Source: Escherichia coli (lineage in GTDB: Bacteria > Pseudomonadota > Gammaproteobacteria > Enterobacterales > Enterobacteriaceae). From it: a stretch of 64,000 bases of DNA. Positions 1 through 11,289 of this stretch are shown in pieces (the first letter of the stretch is position 1; the number at the start of each line of letters is the position of its first letter). The notes below the pieces were generated by a model that was not told the DNA's origin, did no database searches, and worked only from the letters and a program-made list of their open reading frames with translations. The translations under genes and the position numbers were made by a program. Where the stretch lies: NCBI RefSeq assembly GCF_024502345.1, contig NZ_JALDNN010000001.1; one strand, written 5' to 3'.

Positions 1-624
1 CGTCTGCATCGCATCCAGACCACCACACATTAATACTGTCGGGAACGGGCCATCGCCTTTCGGCATATGCAAAAAGCCGGTGATGGGCGCACCGCCGGGT
101 ACGGTAAACTCCATCTGCCGCATCGTGCCCGGCAGACGCTGGGCGGCCTCTTCATAGGCGCGGTTTGATAAAGCCTGCGCTTGCTCGGCCAGGTCATCTC
201 CTTTCAGATGAGGATAGGCGGCAATGTTGTACAACGTAGCCGCATGCAGCCAGTGTCGACCACTGAGTTGCGGATCTTCTTCCGCACAGGCTTTTTGTTG
301 CCACACCATCGCCTGGGTGGCCCACTCATAAATCCAGTTGCCACCACGGTAGCCAATCACGGTATCGTATAAATCATCATCGGTACGTTCAGCATCGCTC
401 ATCACAATACGTGCCTGGACGTCGAGGATTTCACGTGGGTCAATGCCGCGCCAGATCCACATCAGACGGTTAATCATGCGATACCAGTGAGGGATGGTTT
501 TACCATCAAGGGCCGACTGCACAGGCGGTTGTGCGCCGTGATTAAAGCGGCGGACTAGCGTCGAGGTTTCAGGATGTTTAAAGCGGGGTTTGAACAGGGT
601 TTCGCTCAGGTTTGCCTGTGTCAT
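1..624 (-). CDS. frsA: FrsA esterase (fermentation/respiration switch protein), 5' portion; gene runs off the window start
   Basis: Reverse strand from ATG (cat at 622-624) reads MTQANLSE...; rc of bases 1-60 encodes [20 protein letters not shown]; absent from ORF track because no stop lies inside the window. Confidence 0.85.
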
Positions 625-715
625 GGATGCAGCCTCCAGAATACTTACTGGAAACTATTGTAACCCGCCTGAAGTTAAAAAGAACAACGCCCGGCAGTGC
701 CAGGCGTTGAAAAGA

Positions 716-1174
716 TTAGCGACCGGAGATTGGCGGGACGAATACGACGCCCATATCCCACGGCTGTTCGATCCAGGTATCTTGCGGGATATCAACAACA
801 TAATCATCAACCAGCGGACGACCAGCCGGTTTTGCGAAGATAGTCACAAAATGTGCTTTTGGATACATTTCACGAATCGCAACCGCAGTACCACCGGTAT
901 CCACCAGGTCATCAATAACGATGAAGCCTTCGCCATCGCCTTCTGCGCGTTTTAGCACTTTAAGCTCGCGCTGGTTGTCGTGATCGTAGCTGGAAATACA
1001 AACGGTATCGACATGACGAATACCCAGTTCACGCGCCAGTAACGCACCCGGTACCAGACCGCCACGGCTTACGGCAATAATGCCTTTCCATTGTTCAGAA
1101 GGCATCAGTCGGCTTGCGAGTTTACGTGCATGGATCTGCAACATGTCCCAGGTGACGATGTATTTTTCGCTCAT
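716..1174 (-). CDS. gpt: Xanthine-guanine phosphoribosyltransferase
   Basis: 152-aa [22 protein letters not shown]... with PRTase motif [11 protein letters not shown]. Confidence 0.95.
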
Positions 1175-1434
1175 GTGAAGTGTCCCAGCCTGTTTATCTA
1201 CGGCTTAAAAAGTGTTCGAGGGGAAAATAGGTTGCGCGAGATTATAGAGATCTGGCGCACTAAAAACCAGTATTTCACATGAGTCCGCGTCTTTTTACGC
1301 ACTGCCTCTCCCTGACGCGGGATAAAGTGGTATTCTCAAACATATCTCGCAAGCCTGTCTTGTGTTGACAACATTTTCTGCTAACCCTGTGACCTGCAAT
1401 ACTGTTTTGCGGGTGATCGACAAGGAGACTTAAC

Positions 1435-2892
1435 GTGTCTGAACTGTCTCAATTATCTCCACAGCCGCTGTGGGATATTTTTGCCAAAATCTGTTCTATT
1501 CCTCACCCGTCCTATCATGAAGAGCAACTCGCTGAATACATTGTTGGTTGGGCAAAAGAGAAAGGTTTCCATGTCGAACGCGATCAGGTAGGTAATATCC
1601 TGATTCGTAAACCTGCTACCGCAGGTATGGAAAATCGTAAACCGGTCGTCTTACAGGCCCACCTCGATATGGTGCCGCAGAAAAATAACGACACCGTGCA
1701 TGACTTCACGAAAGATCCTATCCAGCCTTATATTGATGGCGAATGGGTTAAAGCGCGCGGCACCACGCTGGGTGCAGATAACGGCATTGGTATGGCGTCT
1801 GCGCTGGCGGTTCTGGCTGACGAAAACGTGGTTCACGGCCCGCTGGAAGTGCTGCTGACCATGACCGAAGAAGCCGGTATGGACGGTGCGTTCGGCTTAC
1901 AGAGCAACTGGTTGCAGGCTGATATTCTGATTAACACCGACTCCGAAGAAGAAGGTGAAATCTACATGGGTTGTGCGGGGGGTATCGACTTCACCTCCAA
2001 CCTGCATTTAGATCGTGAAGCGGTTCCAGCTGGTTTTGAAACCTTCAAGTTAACCTTAAAAGGTCTGAAAGGGGGTCACTCCGGCGGGGAAATCCACGTT
2101 GGCCTGGGTAATGCCAACAAACTGCTGGTGCGCTTCCTGGCGGGTCATGCAGAAGAACTGGATCTGCGCCTTATCGATTTCAACGGCGGCACACTGCGTA
2201 ACGCCATCCCGCGTGAAGCCTTTGCGACCATTGCTGTCGCAGCTGATAAAGTCGACGTCCTGAAATCTCTGGTGAATACCTATCAGGAGATCCTGAAAAA
2301 CGAGCTGGCAGAGAAAGAGAAAAATCTGGCCTTGTTGCTGGACTCTGTAGCGAACGATAAAGCTGCCCTGATTGCGAAATCTCGCGATACCTTTATTCGT
2401 CTGCTGAACGCCACCCCGAACGGTGTGATCCGCAACTCAGACGTGGCAAAAGGTGTGGTCGAAACCTCCCTGAACGTCGGTGTGGTGACCATGACTGATA
2501 ATAACGTAGAAATTCACTGTCTGATCCGTTCACTGATCGACAGCGGTAAAGACTACGTGGTGAGCATGCTGGATTCGCTGGGTAAACTGGCTGGCGCGAA
2601 AACCGAAGCGAAAGGCGCATATCCTGGCTGGCAGCCGGACGCTAATTCTCCGGTGATGCATCTGGTACGTGAAACCTATCAGCGTCTGTTCAACAAAACG
2701 CCGAACATCCAGATTATCCACGCGGGTCTGGAATGTGGTCTGTTCAAAAAACCGTATCCGGAAATGGACATGGTTTCTATCGGGCCAACTATCACCGGTC
2801 CACACTCTCCGGATGAGCAAGTTCACATCGAAAGCGTAGGTCATTACTGGACACTGCTGACTGAACTGCTGAAAGAAATTCCGGCGAAGTAA
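1435..2892 (+). CDS. pepD: Cytosol non-specific dipeptidase (aminoacyl-histidine dipeptidase) PepD
   Basis: 485-aa ORF, GTG start, MSELSQLSPQPLWDIFAKICSIPHPSYHEE...; M20-family metallopeptidase. Confidence 0.95.
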   Translation: MSELSQLSPQPLWDIFAKICSIPHPSYHEEQLAEYIVGWAKEKGFHVERDQVGNILIRKPATAGMENRKPVVLQAHLDMVPQKNNDTVHDFTKDPIQPYIDGEWVKARGTTLGADNGIGMASALAVLADENVVHGPLEVLLTMTEEAGMDGAFGLQSNWLQADILINTDSEEEGEIYMGCAGGIDFTSNLHLDREAVPAGFETFKLTLKGLKGGHSGGEIHVGLGNANKLLVRFLAGHAEELDLRLIDFNGGTLRNAIPREAFATIAVAADKVDVLKSLVNTYQEILKNELAEKEKNLALLLDSVANDKAALIAKSRDTFIRLLNATPNGVIRNSDVAKGVVETSLNVGVVTMTDNNVEIHCLIRSLIDSGKDYVVSMLDSLGKLAGAKTEAKGAYPGWQPDANSPVMHLVRETYQRLFNKTPNIQIIHAGLECGLFKKPYPEMDMVSIGPTITGPHSPDEQVHIESVGHYWTLLTELLKEIPAK

Positions 2893-2905
2893 TTATTTGA
2901 TTTGC

Positions 2906-2940
2906 TGCCGGATGGCGTTTAATCGCCTTCCGGCAGTTTC
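2906..2940 (+). terminator. Putative rho-independent terminator after pepD
   Basis: GC hairpin tgccggatggcg/tcgccttccggca followed by a T-rich run just after the pepD stop. Confidence 0.4.
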
Positions 2941-2948
2941 ATCCTTCA

Positions 2949-3506
2949 TTATCCTTCGATAAAAGCCATCCCTGTAAATGTCCGTCTCGGGTTGCCACGT
3001 TCAATCTGGTGATGGAACATTCGCCGCTGCGATTTCAGCACCGCGCTATTTTCCTGTTGCTGCTGCTCCAGCTTCCAGGCAATCAGCAATCGTGCCAGCC
3101 GCTTGTTAGCATGCTGACTACGCTCTGACTGAACCTTCACGCTAATACCGGATGCCAAATGCGTGGCGCGTACCGCCGAGTCGGTTTTATTGACATGTTG
3201 ACCGCCCGGCCCCGACGAACGCAACGTCTCATAACGGATTGCATCCGATTGTTCCTGCTCATCAGCGGTAAAACGCCCAATGCCCAGAAACCAGTTTTTG
3301 CGCCCATGATGAGGCCGATACGGACTCGGACAAATCCACTGAATAGTGCCGCACCAGCTTTCGCTTAATGCCCATGCGTTATCGCCATCCAGAGAAACCA
3401 GCGCCGAACGCAGCGTGTCAGAGTAGCGGCCTGTTTCTGTTTCCAGCACCGTTACCGCGACGTCTTGTCGGGTAAAAACGACCAACAGAGAAGAACGCTG
3501 CGCCAA
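2949..3506 (-). pseudogene. prfH: Peptide chain release factor homologue PrfH, N-terminally truncated
   Basis: 185-aa ORF with GGQ motif ([16 protein letters not shown]); first residues do not match a PrfH N-terminus and the ORF overlaps the ykfJ fragment. Confidence 0.75.
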
Positions 3507-3684
3507 TCGGGTAGCCGCGTCCGGGGTGTAAATCTGGCATCCCCACTACGCGCTGCATGTTGGGTAAATTTGCCGTGGTGTGTAATTGTTGGATCGCTAA
3601 ACTCTCGATCCACAGGTCATCAGATGCGATGGTAAATACCGCATCGGATAAGGGAAGAATATATTTGCCCATGTACCATTCCAT
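3418..3684 (-). pseudogene. ykfJ: RtcB-like RNA ligase N-terminal fragment
   Basis: 88-aa ORF MGKYILPLSDAVFTIASDDLW...[17 protein letters not shown] (RtcB N-terminal motif), then runs into the prfH frame. Confidence 0.75.
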
Positions 3685-3989
3685 TTATACTCGTCATACT
3701 TCAAGTTGCATTTACTGCGACTGCGTTCGTTCACCCCAGTCACTTACTTATGTAAGCTCCTGGCGATTCACTCGCTTGTCGCCTTCCTGCAACTCGAATT
3801 ATTTAGAGTATATAAATATAAAAATCAGGAAATGGCAGACGAATCCAGGGCAAGAAAAAAAGAATTAATCCTGGAAAGGTCTGCAAAGAGTCATTGATAA
3901 AGGATTTGTCATGATTTACCTCCTTGCAGTTTGTGGAATAAGAAAACGCGCACATACCAAGCGGGCGTTATTTTCATTGCAAGCTGGAT

Positions 3990-4442
3990 TTAATGTTGCG
4001 GTTTATATCGCATATAAAAATTAGTAAACCACGCTCCCCGGCATTCAACGCGCTGCTGCTTAACTGTCTGAAAACCATAACGTTCAAAAAAGGGTTTTGC
4101 GGTTATGCTGGCATCTACCGTAAGTTCGGATTCAGACTTAATCAATGGTTTTAACAAGGCGCTGGCAACCCCGCGGCGGGTGTATTCAGGGTCAACAAAT
4201 AACATATCGATATAACGTTCAATGCGGGAAATAAAACCAACCGGTTGTGCATTAATGACGGCAACCCGCACTTGTGATTTCGCGAGTTTCTCCTTCCAGC
4301 GAGATTCGTCAATCTGCGCCCAGGCGGCAATTTGTTGTGGAGAATAGTGCTGACTGGAGGTCATCGTAACCGCTCTAATGAAAATAGCGCATAGTTGCTG
4401 AAAATCGCCAGGCTGATAGTTTCTTATTTGTATGTTATTCAT
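3990..4442 (-). CDS. yafP: GNAT-family acetyltransferase YafP
   Basis: 150-aa [24 protein letters not shown]...; start overlaps the dinB stop (ATGA). Confidence 0.9.
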   Translation of the reverse strand: MNNIQIRNYQPGDFQQLCAIFIRAVTMTSSQHYSPQQIAAWAQIDESRWKEKLAKSQVRVAVINAQPVGFISRIERYIDMLFVDPEYTRRGVASALLKPLIKSESELTVDASITAKPFFERYGFQTVKQQRVECRGAWFTNFYMRYKPQH

Positions 4443-5494
4443 AATCCCAGCACCAGTTGTCTTTCCATTTGCGGATCCAGCAACGTCACATGCAGCCCCA
4501 CCAGTCGCACACCTCGCCCGCCGCGGCGTTCATCCCAGGTTTTACGCGCGGTGGCGATTAAGTCAGCTTTATTCAGCCTCGGCCAGACGTGCTCCTGGGT
4601 GGTTTGCTGAAAATCGTCGAACTTTAATTTCACCCCCTGGCGAGCAATCAGTAAATCAGGTTTTACCTTTGCCAGACGGCGTTCAAGTTCCGGATACAGC
4701 CGCTCGATAATCGCTTCACATTCAGACCAGTGATGAATATCTTCCGCCATCGTGCGTTCCACGCCGACGGATTTTCGCAACCGTTCGCTGTTAACATCGC
4801 GTTCGTCAATCCCCTGACTACGCTCCCACAAAATGCGGCCAAATTTGCCAAAGCGTTTAAGCAGCATCACCAGATCACACTTTTGTACATCACCGCAGGT
4901 CCGCAGCCCCATCGCTTCCAGTTTTGCCGCCGAGACTTTGCCGACGCCGGGGATTTTTGCCAGTGGTAAGGTTTGTAAAAATGCCGGAACTTCTGCCGGC
5001 GTAATCACAAACTGGCCGTTGGGTTTATTCATGTCGGAGGCGATTTTGGCGAGAAACTTTACTGGTGCCACGCCCGCAGACGCCGTCAGTTGCAGCTCGC
5101 TGAAAATCGTCTGGCGGATTTCCTGGGCGATGAGGGTCGCAGAACCGTGGCAATGGACGCTATCGGTGACATCGAGATAAGCCTCATCCAGTGACAACGG
5201 TTCAATGCGCGAAGTGTAGCGCGAGAAGATTTCACGGATATGATTTGAGGCTTCTTTGTAGGCGTCAAAGCGCCCCGGAAGCAAGGTGAGATGTGGGCAT
5301 AATTTGAGCGCCATCCCAGTAGGCATAGCGCTACGTACGCCAAATTTACGCGCGGGATAATTGGCGGTGCTGATCACCCCCCGACGTTCGCGGCTGCCGC
5401 CAATAGCAATAGGGATATCGCGCAGGGCGGGATTGTCGCGCATCTCCACCGCTGCGAAAAAGCAGTCCATATCCACATGAATGATTTTACGCAT
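4439..5494 (-). CDS. dinB: DNA polymerase IV (Y-family translesion polymerase)
   Basis: 351-aa [36 protein letters not shown]... Confidence 0.95.
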   Translation of the reverse strand: MRKIIHVDMDCFFAAVEMRDNPALRDIPIAIGGSRERRGVISTANYPARKFGVRSAMPTGMALKLCPHLTLLPGRFDAYKEASNHIREIFSRYTSRIEPLSLDEAYLDVTDSVHCHGSATLIAQEIRQTIFSELQLTASAGVAPVKFLAKIASDMNKPNGQFVITPAEVPAFLQTLPLAKIPGVGKVSAAKLEAMGLRTCGDVQKCDLVMLLKRFGKFGRILWERSQGIDERDVNSERLRKSVGVERTMAEDIHHWSECEAIIERLYPELERRLAKVKPDLLIARQGVKLKFDDFQQTTQEHVWPRLNKADLIATARKTWDERRGGRGVRLVGLHVTLLDPQMERQLVLGL

Positions 5495-5508
5495 TGCTCA
5501 CCTCTCAA

Positions 5509-5528
5509 CACTGGTAAAGTATACAGTG
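5509..5528. promoter_or_regulatory. LexA (SOS) box upstream of dinB
   Basis: CACTGGTAAAGTATACAGTG, i.e. CTGT-N8-ACAG on the reverse strand, 15 bp upstream of the dinB start. Confidence 0.8.
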
Positions 5529-5564
5529 ATTTCAGGGTTTGAGAAATGCGTAAAGATTCAGCAT

Positions 5565-6455
5565 TTAGCGCGTTCGTTGTGAAAGCACCTGCTGCTTATC
5601 CAGCTTTTGCACCAGCGGCTGCACCACTTTATCCCCATGCTGACCAAAGTATTGATACAGCGTATCGGACGCGCTTTTAGTCAGCACCATAATCTCAATG
5701 CGCCGATTGCCCGCGCTTTGCGGATTTTTGGCATCCAGCAGCATCTGGTCCGCCATTGCGCTTACCTGCATCACTTTATCTTCCGGCATTCCGGCCTCTT
5801 CCAGCACCCGACGAGCCGAAAGCGCGCGGTCACCCGAAAGGTTCCAGTTGTTGTAGATATTGTTTTTGTAGGCCATCGCATCGGTATGCCCGGTAATAAT
5901 AATTTTATTATCGAGCGAGTCGAACACTGGCGCTAACTCCACCAACAGCGTTTTAAAGAACGGCATAATCTGCGCGCTGCCGCGTTCGAACATATTGCGA
6001 TTCTGGTCGTCTTTAATCAGCACGCGTAATCCCTGCGGGACAATCTCCATCTCCAGATTCGCTTCCATATGCGCATCACGGGCAATGGTGTTGATACTGG
6101 TTGCCAGCTCACCAAGCTCGGTGGCGGATTTCTTCTTCAGCAGCGCCGTTTTCTCGTTGACGTCGCGCGCTTTTTTCTCCGTCTCTTCCGGCACCGCCAC
6201 GGTGGCAGGTTTTGGCGGATGAGACGGGCTGATTTTATTTAACGGCGACAGCCCACCACCGTTAAAAATCGACTGCCCGTGCAGCGCGGCGATAATGCTT
6301 TCACGCTCGGATTTACTGACGCTGTTGACAATCAACTTTATCGTCGTCACCAAAGGGGCCGAGCGTATTTCCGAGGTTTCTGCCCGCTTCACCCTGGACG
6401 CGATGCCCGGCAAGCAGATGGCGATTGACGCCGATCTTAACGCCGGGTTGATCAA
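5565..6455 (-). pseudogene. lafU: Lateral-flagellar MotB-like protein LafU, fragment
   Basis: OmpA/MotB C-terminal domain (ITGHTD...NWNLSGDRALSARRV...RRIEIMV); the 5' end of the ORF overlaps the divergent lfhA fragment. Confidence 0.7.
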
Positions 6456-8034
6456 CCAGGCGCAGGCGCAAACCCGGCGTAAAGATGTCGCCAGCGAGGC
6501 CGATTTCTACGGCGCGATGGACGGGGCATCGAAGTTTGTGCGCGGGGATGCCATCGCCGGGATGATGATTCTGGCGATCAACCTGATCGGCGGCGTCTGT
6601 ATCGGGATCTTCAAATACAACCTGAGCGCCGATGCCGCCTTCCAGCAATATGTGCTGATGACCATCGGCGACGGCCTGGTGGCGCAGATCCCTTCCCTGC
6701 TGCTCTCCACGGCGGCGGCGATAATCGTCACCCACGTCAGCGACAACGGCGATATCGCCCATGACGTGCGCCACCAGTTGCTGGCAAGCCCGTCGGTGCT
6801 CTACACCGCTACCGGGATTATGTTTGTGCTGGCGGTGGTGCCGGGAATGCCGCATCTGCCGTTTTTGCTGTTCAGCGCCCTGCTTGGCTTTACCGGCTGG
6901 CGAATGAGCAAACGCCCGCAGGCAGCGCAGGCGGAAGAGAAAAGCCTCGAAACGCTGACCCGCACCATCACTGAAACCAGCGAGCAACAGGTCAGTTGGG
7001 AAACCATTCCGCTGATCGAGCCCATCAGCTTAAGCCTCGGCTACAAACTGGTGGCGCTGGTGGACAAAGCGCAGGGCAACCCGCTCACCCAGCGGATTCG
7101 CGGCGTGCGGCAGGTGATTTCTGACGGCAACGGCGTGCTGCTGCCGGAGATCCGCATTCGGGAAAACTTCCGCCTTAAGCCCAGCCAGTACGCTATTTTC
7201 ATCAACGGCATTAAGGCTGATGAAGCGGATATTCCGACGGATAAACTGATGGCCCTGCCCTCCAGCGAAACCTACGGCGAGATTGACGGCGTGCTGGGGA
7301 ACGACCCGGCGTACGGGATGCCGGTGACCTGGATCCAGCCTGCGCAGAAAGCGAAGGCGCTGAATATGGGGTATCAGGTGATCGACAGCGCCAGCGTGAT
7401 TGCCACCCATGTGAATAAGATTGTACGCAGCTATATTCCTGATTTGTTTAACTATGACGACATCACACAGTTGCATAACCGTTTGTCGTCGATGGCACCG
7501 CGCCTGGCAGAAGACTTAAGCGCGGCGCTGAATTACAGCCAGTTGCTGAAAGTGTACCGCACACTACTGACCGAAGGCGTTTCCCTGCGCGATATCGTCA
7601 CCATCGCCACCGTGCTGGTCGCCAGTAGCGCGGTGACTAAAGATCATATTCTGCTGGCGGCCGATGTACGCCTGGCGCTGCGGCGCAGCATTACCCATCC
7701 GTTCGTTCGCAAGCAGGAGCTGACGGTGTATACGCTGAATAATGAGCTGGAAAATCTGCTGACCAACGTGGTGAATCAGGCGCAACAGGGCGGTAAAGTG
7801 ATGCTCGACAGCGTGCCAGTGGACCCGAATATGCTCAACCAGTTCCAGAGCACGATGCCACGGGTGAAAGAGCAGATGAAAGCGGCGGGGAAAGATCCGG
7901 TGCTGCTGGTGCCGCCGCAGCTGCGTCCTTTGCTGGCGCGCTACGCAAGGTTGTTTGCGCCGGGGCTGCATGTGCTGTCGTATAACGAAGTGCCGGACGA
8001 GCTGGAGTTGAAGATTATGGGGGCCTTGATGTAG
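6295..8034 (+). pseudogene. lfhA: FlhA-like flagellar export protein, N-terminally truncated (Flag-2 remnant)
   Basis: 579-aa ORF begins mid-protein in an FlhA-conserved region (FTLDAMPGKQMAIDADL); about 110 N-terminal residues are missing. Confidence 0.75.
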
Positions 8035-8039
8035 GTATT

Positions 8040-8215
<176 letters not shown>

Positions 8216-8219
8216 ACAA

Positions 8220-8717
8220 TTATGAAATGATACGCTCCCCGGCACTAAAATCCGTTATGTCTCCCGCCCAATCAATGGGATATAACCCTCGCGCCACATC
8301 GCGATGGAACGTTGAGAATGGCCAATCTCTCACCTGCTTTACCCAGCCATGTTTCACTGGATTTATATAAATATAATCAACATGATGTCGGTAATCTGTG
8401 GTATTGCGAATGGCATGCTCCCAAAAACGCGGTTGCCAGATATTATTCAATCCGCAAGCATGGGTGAACTGCTTTTTAATCTCCCGCCAGCGGGAGGAAA
8501 AATCATCATCGCTTTCGGGTAATGTCCATATGCAATGCATATGCTCCGGCAAAACTACCCAGGCATTAATTTCAAAAGGTCTGGCTCGCTTAACTTTAAT
8601 AATGGCGTTACGGAGCGTCTGGTACTGGGTAGTCAAAAGTTGGCTTCGACGATTCCGTAAATTCACCGTGAAAAACCAGCTTCCCCCCTTGAGGTAATAA
8701 CGACGATATTCAGACAT
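8220..8717 (-). CDS. rayT: REP-associated tyrosine transposase RayT (TnpA-REP)
   Basis: 165-aa ORF MSEYRRYYLKGGSWFFTVNLRNRR...; flanked on both sides by REP clusters. Confidence 0.9.
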   Translation of the reverse strand: MSEYRRYYLKGGSWFFTVNLRNRRSQLLTTQYQTLRNAIIKVKRARPFEINAWVVLPEHMHCIWTLPESDDDFSSRWREIKKQFTHACGLNNIWQPRFWEHAIRNTTDYRHHVDYIYINPVKHGWVKQVRDWPFSTFHRDVARGLYPIDWAGDITDFSAGERIIS

Positions 8718-8807
8718 AGCGACTCCTTTTTCTCAACGGTAAGAGGAAAAGGAAAGGTCGGCAATGAGGTGATGGAATAACGGGAAAGCAGCTCGCAAAA
8801 ACGCACA

Positions 8808-8895
8808 AATTTGTAGGCATGATAAGACGCGCCAGCGTCGCATCAGGCATCGGTGCACAACTGCCGGATGCGGCGTAAACGCCTTATCCGTCCTA
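8808..8895. repeat. REP/BIME cluster
   Basis: Same REP units as at 8040-8215, on the other side of rayT. Confidence 0.8.
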
Positions 8896-9642
8896 CAAAA
8901 TCGTCTCCTCCGTCAAAATCCGGCGCGCGCCTAAAAAATGATCCTGCCAGAAAGGTTCAGCTAACCGACTTACCCGAATGGTTTCCCCGGTGCGCGGTGA
9001 CTCAATAAACTGACCGTCGCCCAGATACACCCCCATATGGTCGGCAATCTCACGACTGTGAATATGGAAAAACAGCAAATCTCCCCGGCGCAGGTCGTTA
9101 TTCGCCACAATCGTTGCCCGGCGGTAGTGATACATCTCATTGGCCGTGCGCGGGAGCTTCGCCTCGAGGATCTTGTTGTAGGCATAAAAAACCAACCCGC
9201 TACAGTCGAAGCCTTTATCAGGCCGCGTGCCGCCCCAGACGTAAGGCTTGCCAAGCTGCTGCTCCAGGCGGTGAATCGCCACTTCGGTGATGTTATGCAG
9301 GTGATCGCTGCTTAAAAAGTGGTTGTTTTCCGCCAGCGCCTGCCAGCGTCTGTCACTCGCCTTGAGCGGCGCAGGAAACCATTCTGGATGCTGTTTTATC
9401 TGTTCGCGGTTGTGCTGGCGCAGCGCCCTTCTGCTTTCGGCATTGCCTTCCACAATATAGCTGGCCTGCTTTTTCAGATGGGTTTGGTACTGTTTTAATA
9501 AACGCGCACGGTTTTGCATCCGCTGGCGGGCGGCGTAGCTGAAAGAGATATGTGATGTGGTGGCGCTGGCAAATGAAGAAAACGGCAAACAAATCAACAG
9601 TAATCCCGACAATACAAAGGATGGAATCGACGGCAAGGACAT
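8893..9642 (-). CDS. yafL: NlpC/P60-family lipoprotein peptidase YafL
   Basis: Start moved to MSLPSIPSF... (cat at 9640-9642); catalytic Cys context DCSGLVFYAY; the track ORF extends further upstream to 9702. Confidence 0.85.
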   Translation of the reverse strand: MSLPSIPSFVLSGLLLICLPFSSFASATTSHISFSYAARQRMQNRARLLKQYQTHLKKQASYIVEGNAESRRALRQHNREQIKQHPEWFPAPLKASDRRWQALAENNHFLSSDHLHNITEVAIHRLEQQLGKPYVWGGTRPDKGFDCSGLVFYAYNKILEAKLPRTANEMYHYRRATIVANNDLRRGDLLFFHIHSREIADHMGVYLGDGQFIESPRTGETIRVSRLAEPFWQDHFLGARRILTEETIL

Positions 9643-9819
9643 ACTCAATAATGGCTGGTCATGCTTTAATGTTGCAGTGTATCCCGGATCGTTTCTGAAC
9701 AAACTTAATAAACCATTATTATAAAATTAACATATATATTTCAGTGAATTATGTAAATACATCAGTTTATTGAATTGTTCATGAATTGCCGCTGTTGCTC
9801 ATTTGAGCTACAATTCAAG

Positions 9820-9835
9820 CTGAATAAATATACAG
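9820..9835. promoter_or_regulatory. LexA box upstream of dinJ-yafQ
   Basis: CTGAATAAATATACAG (CTG-N10-CAG) 17 bp upstream of dinJ. Confidence 0.6.
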
Positions 9836-9851
9836 CACAGGAGATACCCCA

Positions 9852-10112
9852 ATGGCTGCTAACGCGTTTGTTCGTGCCCGAATCGATGAAGATCTGAAGA
9901 ATCAGGCGGCGGACGTACTGGCCGGGATGGGGCTGACCATCTCTGACCTGGTTCGCATAACCCTCACAAAGGTCGCGCGTGAAAAGGCATTGCCGTTTGA
10001 TTTACGCGAGCCTAATCAATTAACCATTCAATCAATCAAAAACAGCGAAGCTGGCGTTGATGTTCATAAGGCCAAAGACGCCGATGATTTATTTGATAAA
10101 TTAGGAATTTAA
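9852..10112 (+). CDS. dinJ: Antitoxin DinJ (RelB/DinJ family)
   Basis: 86-aa ORF MAANAFVRARIDEDLKNQAADVLAGMGLTISDLVRI... Confidence 0.9.
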   Translation: MAANAFVRARIDEDLKNQAADVLAGMGLTISDLVRITLTKVAREKALPFDLREPNQLTIQSIKNSEAGVDVHKAKDADDLFDKLGI

Positions 10113-10114
10113 AT

Positions 10115-10393
10115 ATGATTCAAAGGGATATTGAATACTCGGGACAATTTTCAAAGGATGTAAAACTTGCACAAAAGCGTCATAAGGATATGAATAAATT
10201 GAAATATCTTATGACGCTTCTTATCAATAATGCTTTACCGCTTCCAGCTGTTTATAAAGACCACCCGCTGCAAGGTTCATGGAAAGGTTATCGCGATGCT
10301 CATGTCGAACCGGACTGGATCCTGATTTACAAACTTACCGATAAACTTTTACGATTTGAGAGAACTGGAACTCACGCGGCGCTCTTTGGGTAA
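10115..10393 (+). CDS. yafQ: mRNA interferase toxin YafQ
   Basis: 92-aa ORF 3 bp after dinJ; MIQRDIEYSGQFSKDVKLAQKRHKDMNKL... Confidence 0.9.
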   Translation: MIQRDIEYSGQFSKDVKLAQKRHKDMNKLKYLMTLLINNALPLPAVYKDHPLQGSWKGYRDAHVEPDWILIYKLTDKLLRFERTGTHAALFG

Positions 10394-10548
10394 AGCACGC
10401 TGCCGATGAAATTTGTAAACCCTGCGCCGACAGGCTTGCGTAAAACTCTTTTGGTGATAATGTGAGCCTTCCAAATCCAGACTATTCCGATTTGGGATCT
10501 ATTTTGCCGTCCTGGCGTGTGTAACCGTTTTATCAAGGAATAAGCAGT

Positions 10549-11289
10549 ATGCGTAAAATCGCATTAATTCTTGCGATGTTGTTGATCCCGTGCGTTTCGT
10601 TTGCCGGTTTGCTGGGCAGCAGTAGCTCGACCACGCCAGTGAGCAAAGAGTATAAGCAGCAGTTGATGGGATCCCCTGTCTACATCCAGATCTTCAAGGA
10701 AGAACGTACGCTCGATCTCTACGTCAAAATGGGCGAGCAATATCAGCTGCTCGACAGTTATAAAATCTGTAAATATTCCGGCGGCTTAGGGCCAAAACAG
10801 CGTCAGGGCGATTTCAAAAGCCCGGAAGGGTTTTATAGCGTCCAGCGTAATCAGTTAAAACCAGACAGCCGTTACTACAAAGCGATTAATATTGGTTTCC
10901 CCAATGCCTATGACCGTGCGCATGGTTATGAAGGGAAATACCTGATGATCCACGGCGATTGTGTTTCCATCGGCTGCTACGCAATGACCAATCAGGGTAT
11001 TGATGAGATCTTCCAGTTCGTTACTGGTGCGCTGGTGTTTGGTCAGCCGAGCGTGCAAGTGAGTATTTACCCGTTCCGCATGACCGACGCCAATATGAAG
11101 CGCCATAAATATTCCAACTTTAAGGACTTCTGGGAGCAACTGAAGCCGGGTTACGACTACTTTGAGCAAACCCGTAAGCCACCGACCGTTTCTGTGGTCA
11201 ATGGTCGTTACGTGGTCAGCAAGCCGTTAAGCCACGAAGTTGTGCAGCCACAACTGGCATCAAACTACACGCTCCCCGAGGCAAAATAA
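10549..11289 (+). CDS. yafK: L,D-transpeptidase-like periplasmic protein YafK
   Basis: 246-aa ORF with signal peptide [19 protein letters not shown] and YkuD-like core ([12 protein letters not shown]). Confidence 0.9.
   Translation: MRKIALILAMLLIPCVSFAGLLGSSSSTTPVSKEYKQQLMGSPVYIQIFKEERTLDLYVKMGEQYQLLDSYKICKYSGGLGPKQRQGDFKSPEGFYSVQRNQLKPDSRYYKAINIGFPNAYDRAHGYEGKYLMIHGDCVSIGCYAMTNQGIDEIFQFVTGALVFGQPSVQVSIYPFRMTDANMKRHKYSNFKDFWEQLKPGYDYFEQTRKPPTVSVVNGRYVVSKPLSHEVVQPQLASNYTLPEAK

Noticed and set aside
590-955. 121-aa forward-strand ORF spanning the frsA-gpt intergenic region
   Set aside because: Antisense to the gpt 3' end and the frsA 5' end, both of which are clearly recognisable; no motifs.
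4442-4445. Looked for a yafN-yafO toxin-antitoxin pair between dinB and yafP
   Set aside because: dinB and yafP overlap directly; there is no space for additional genes.
6313-6987. 224-aa reverse-strand ORF inside the lfhA fragment
   Set aside because: His/Arg-rich low-complexity product antisense to a recognisable FlhA-like sequence.
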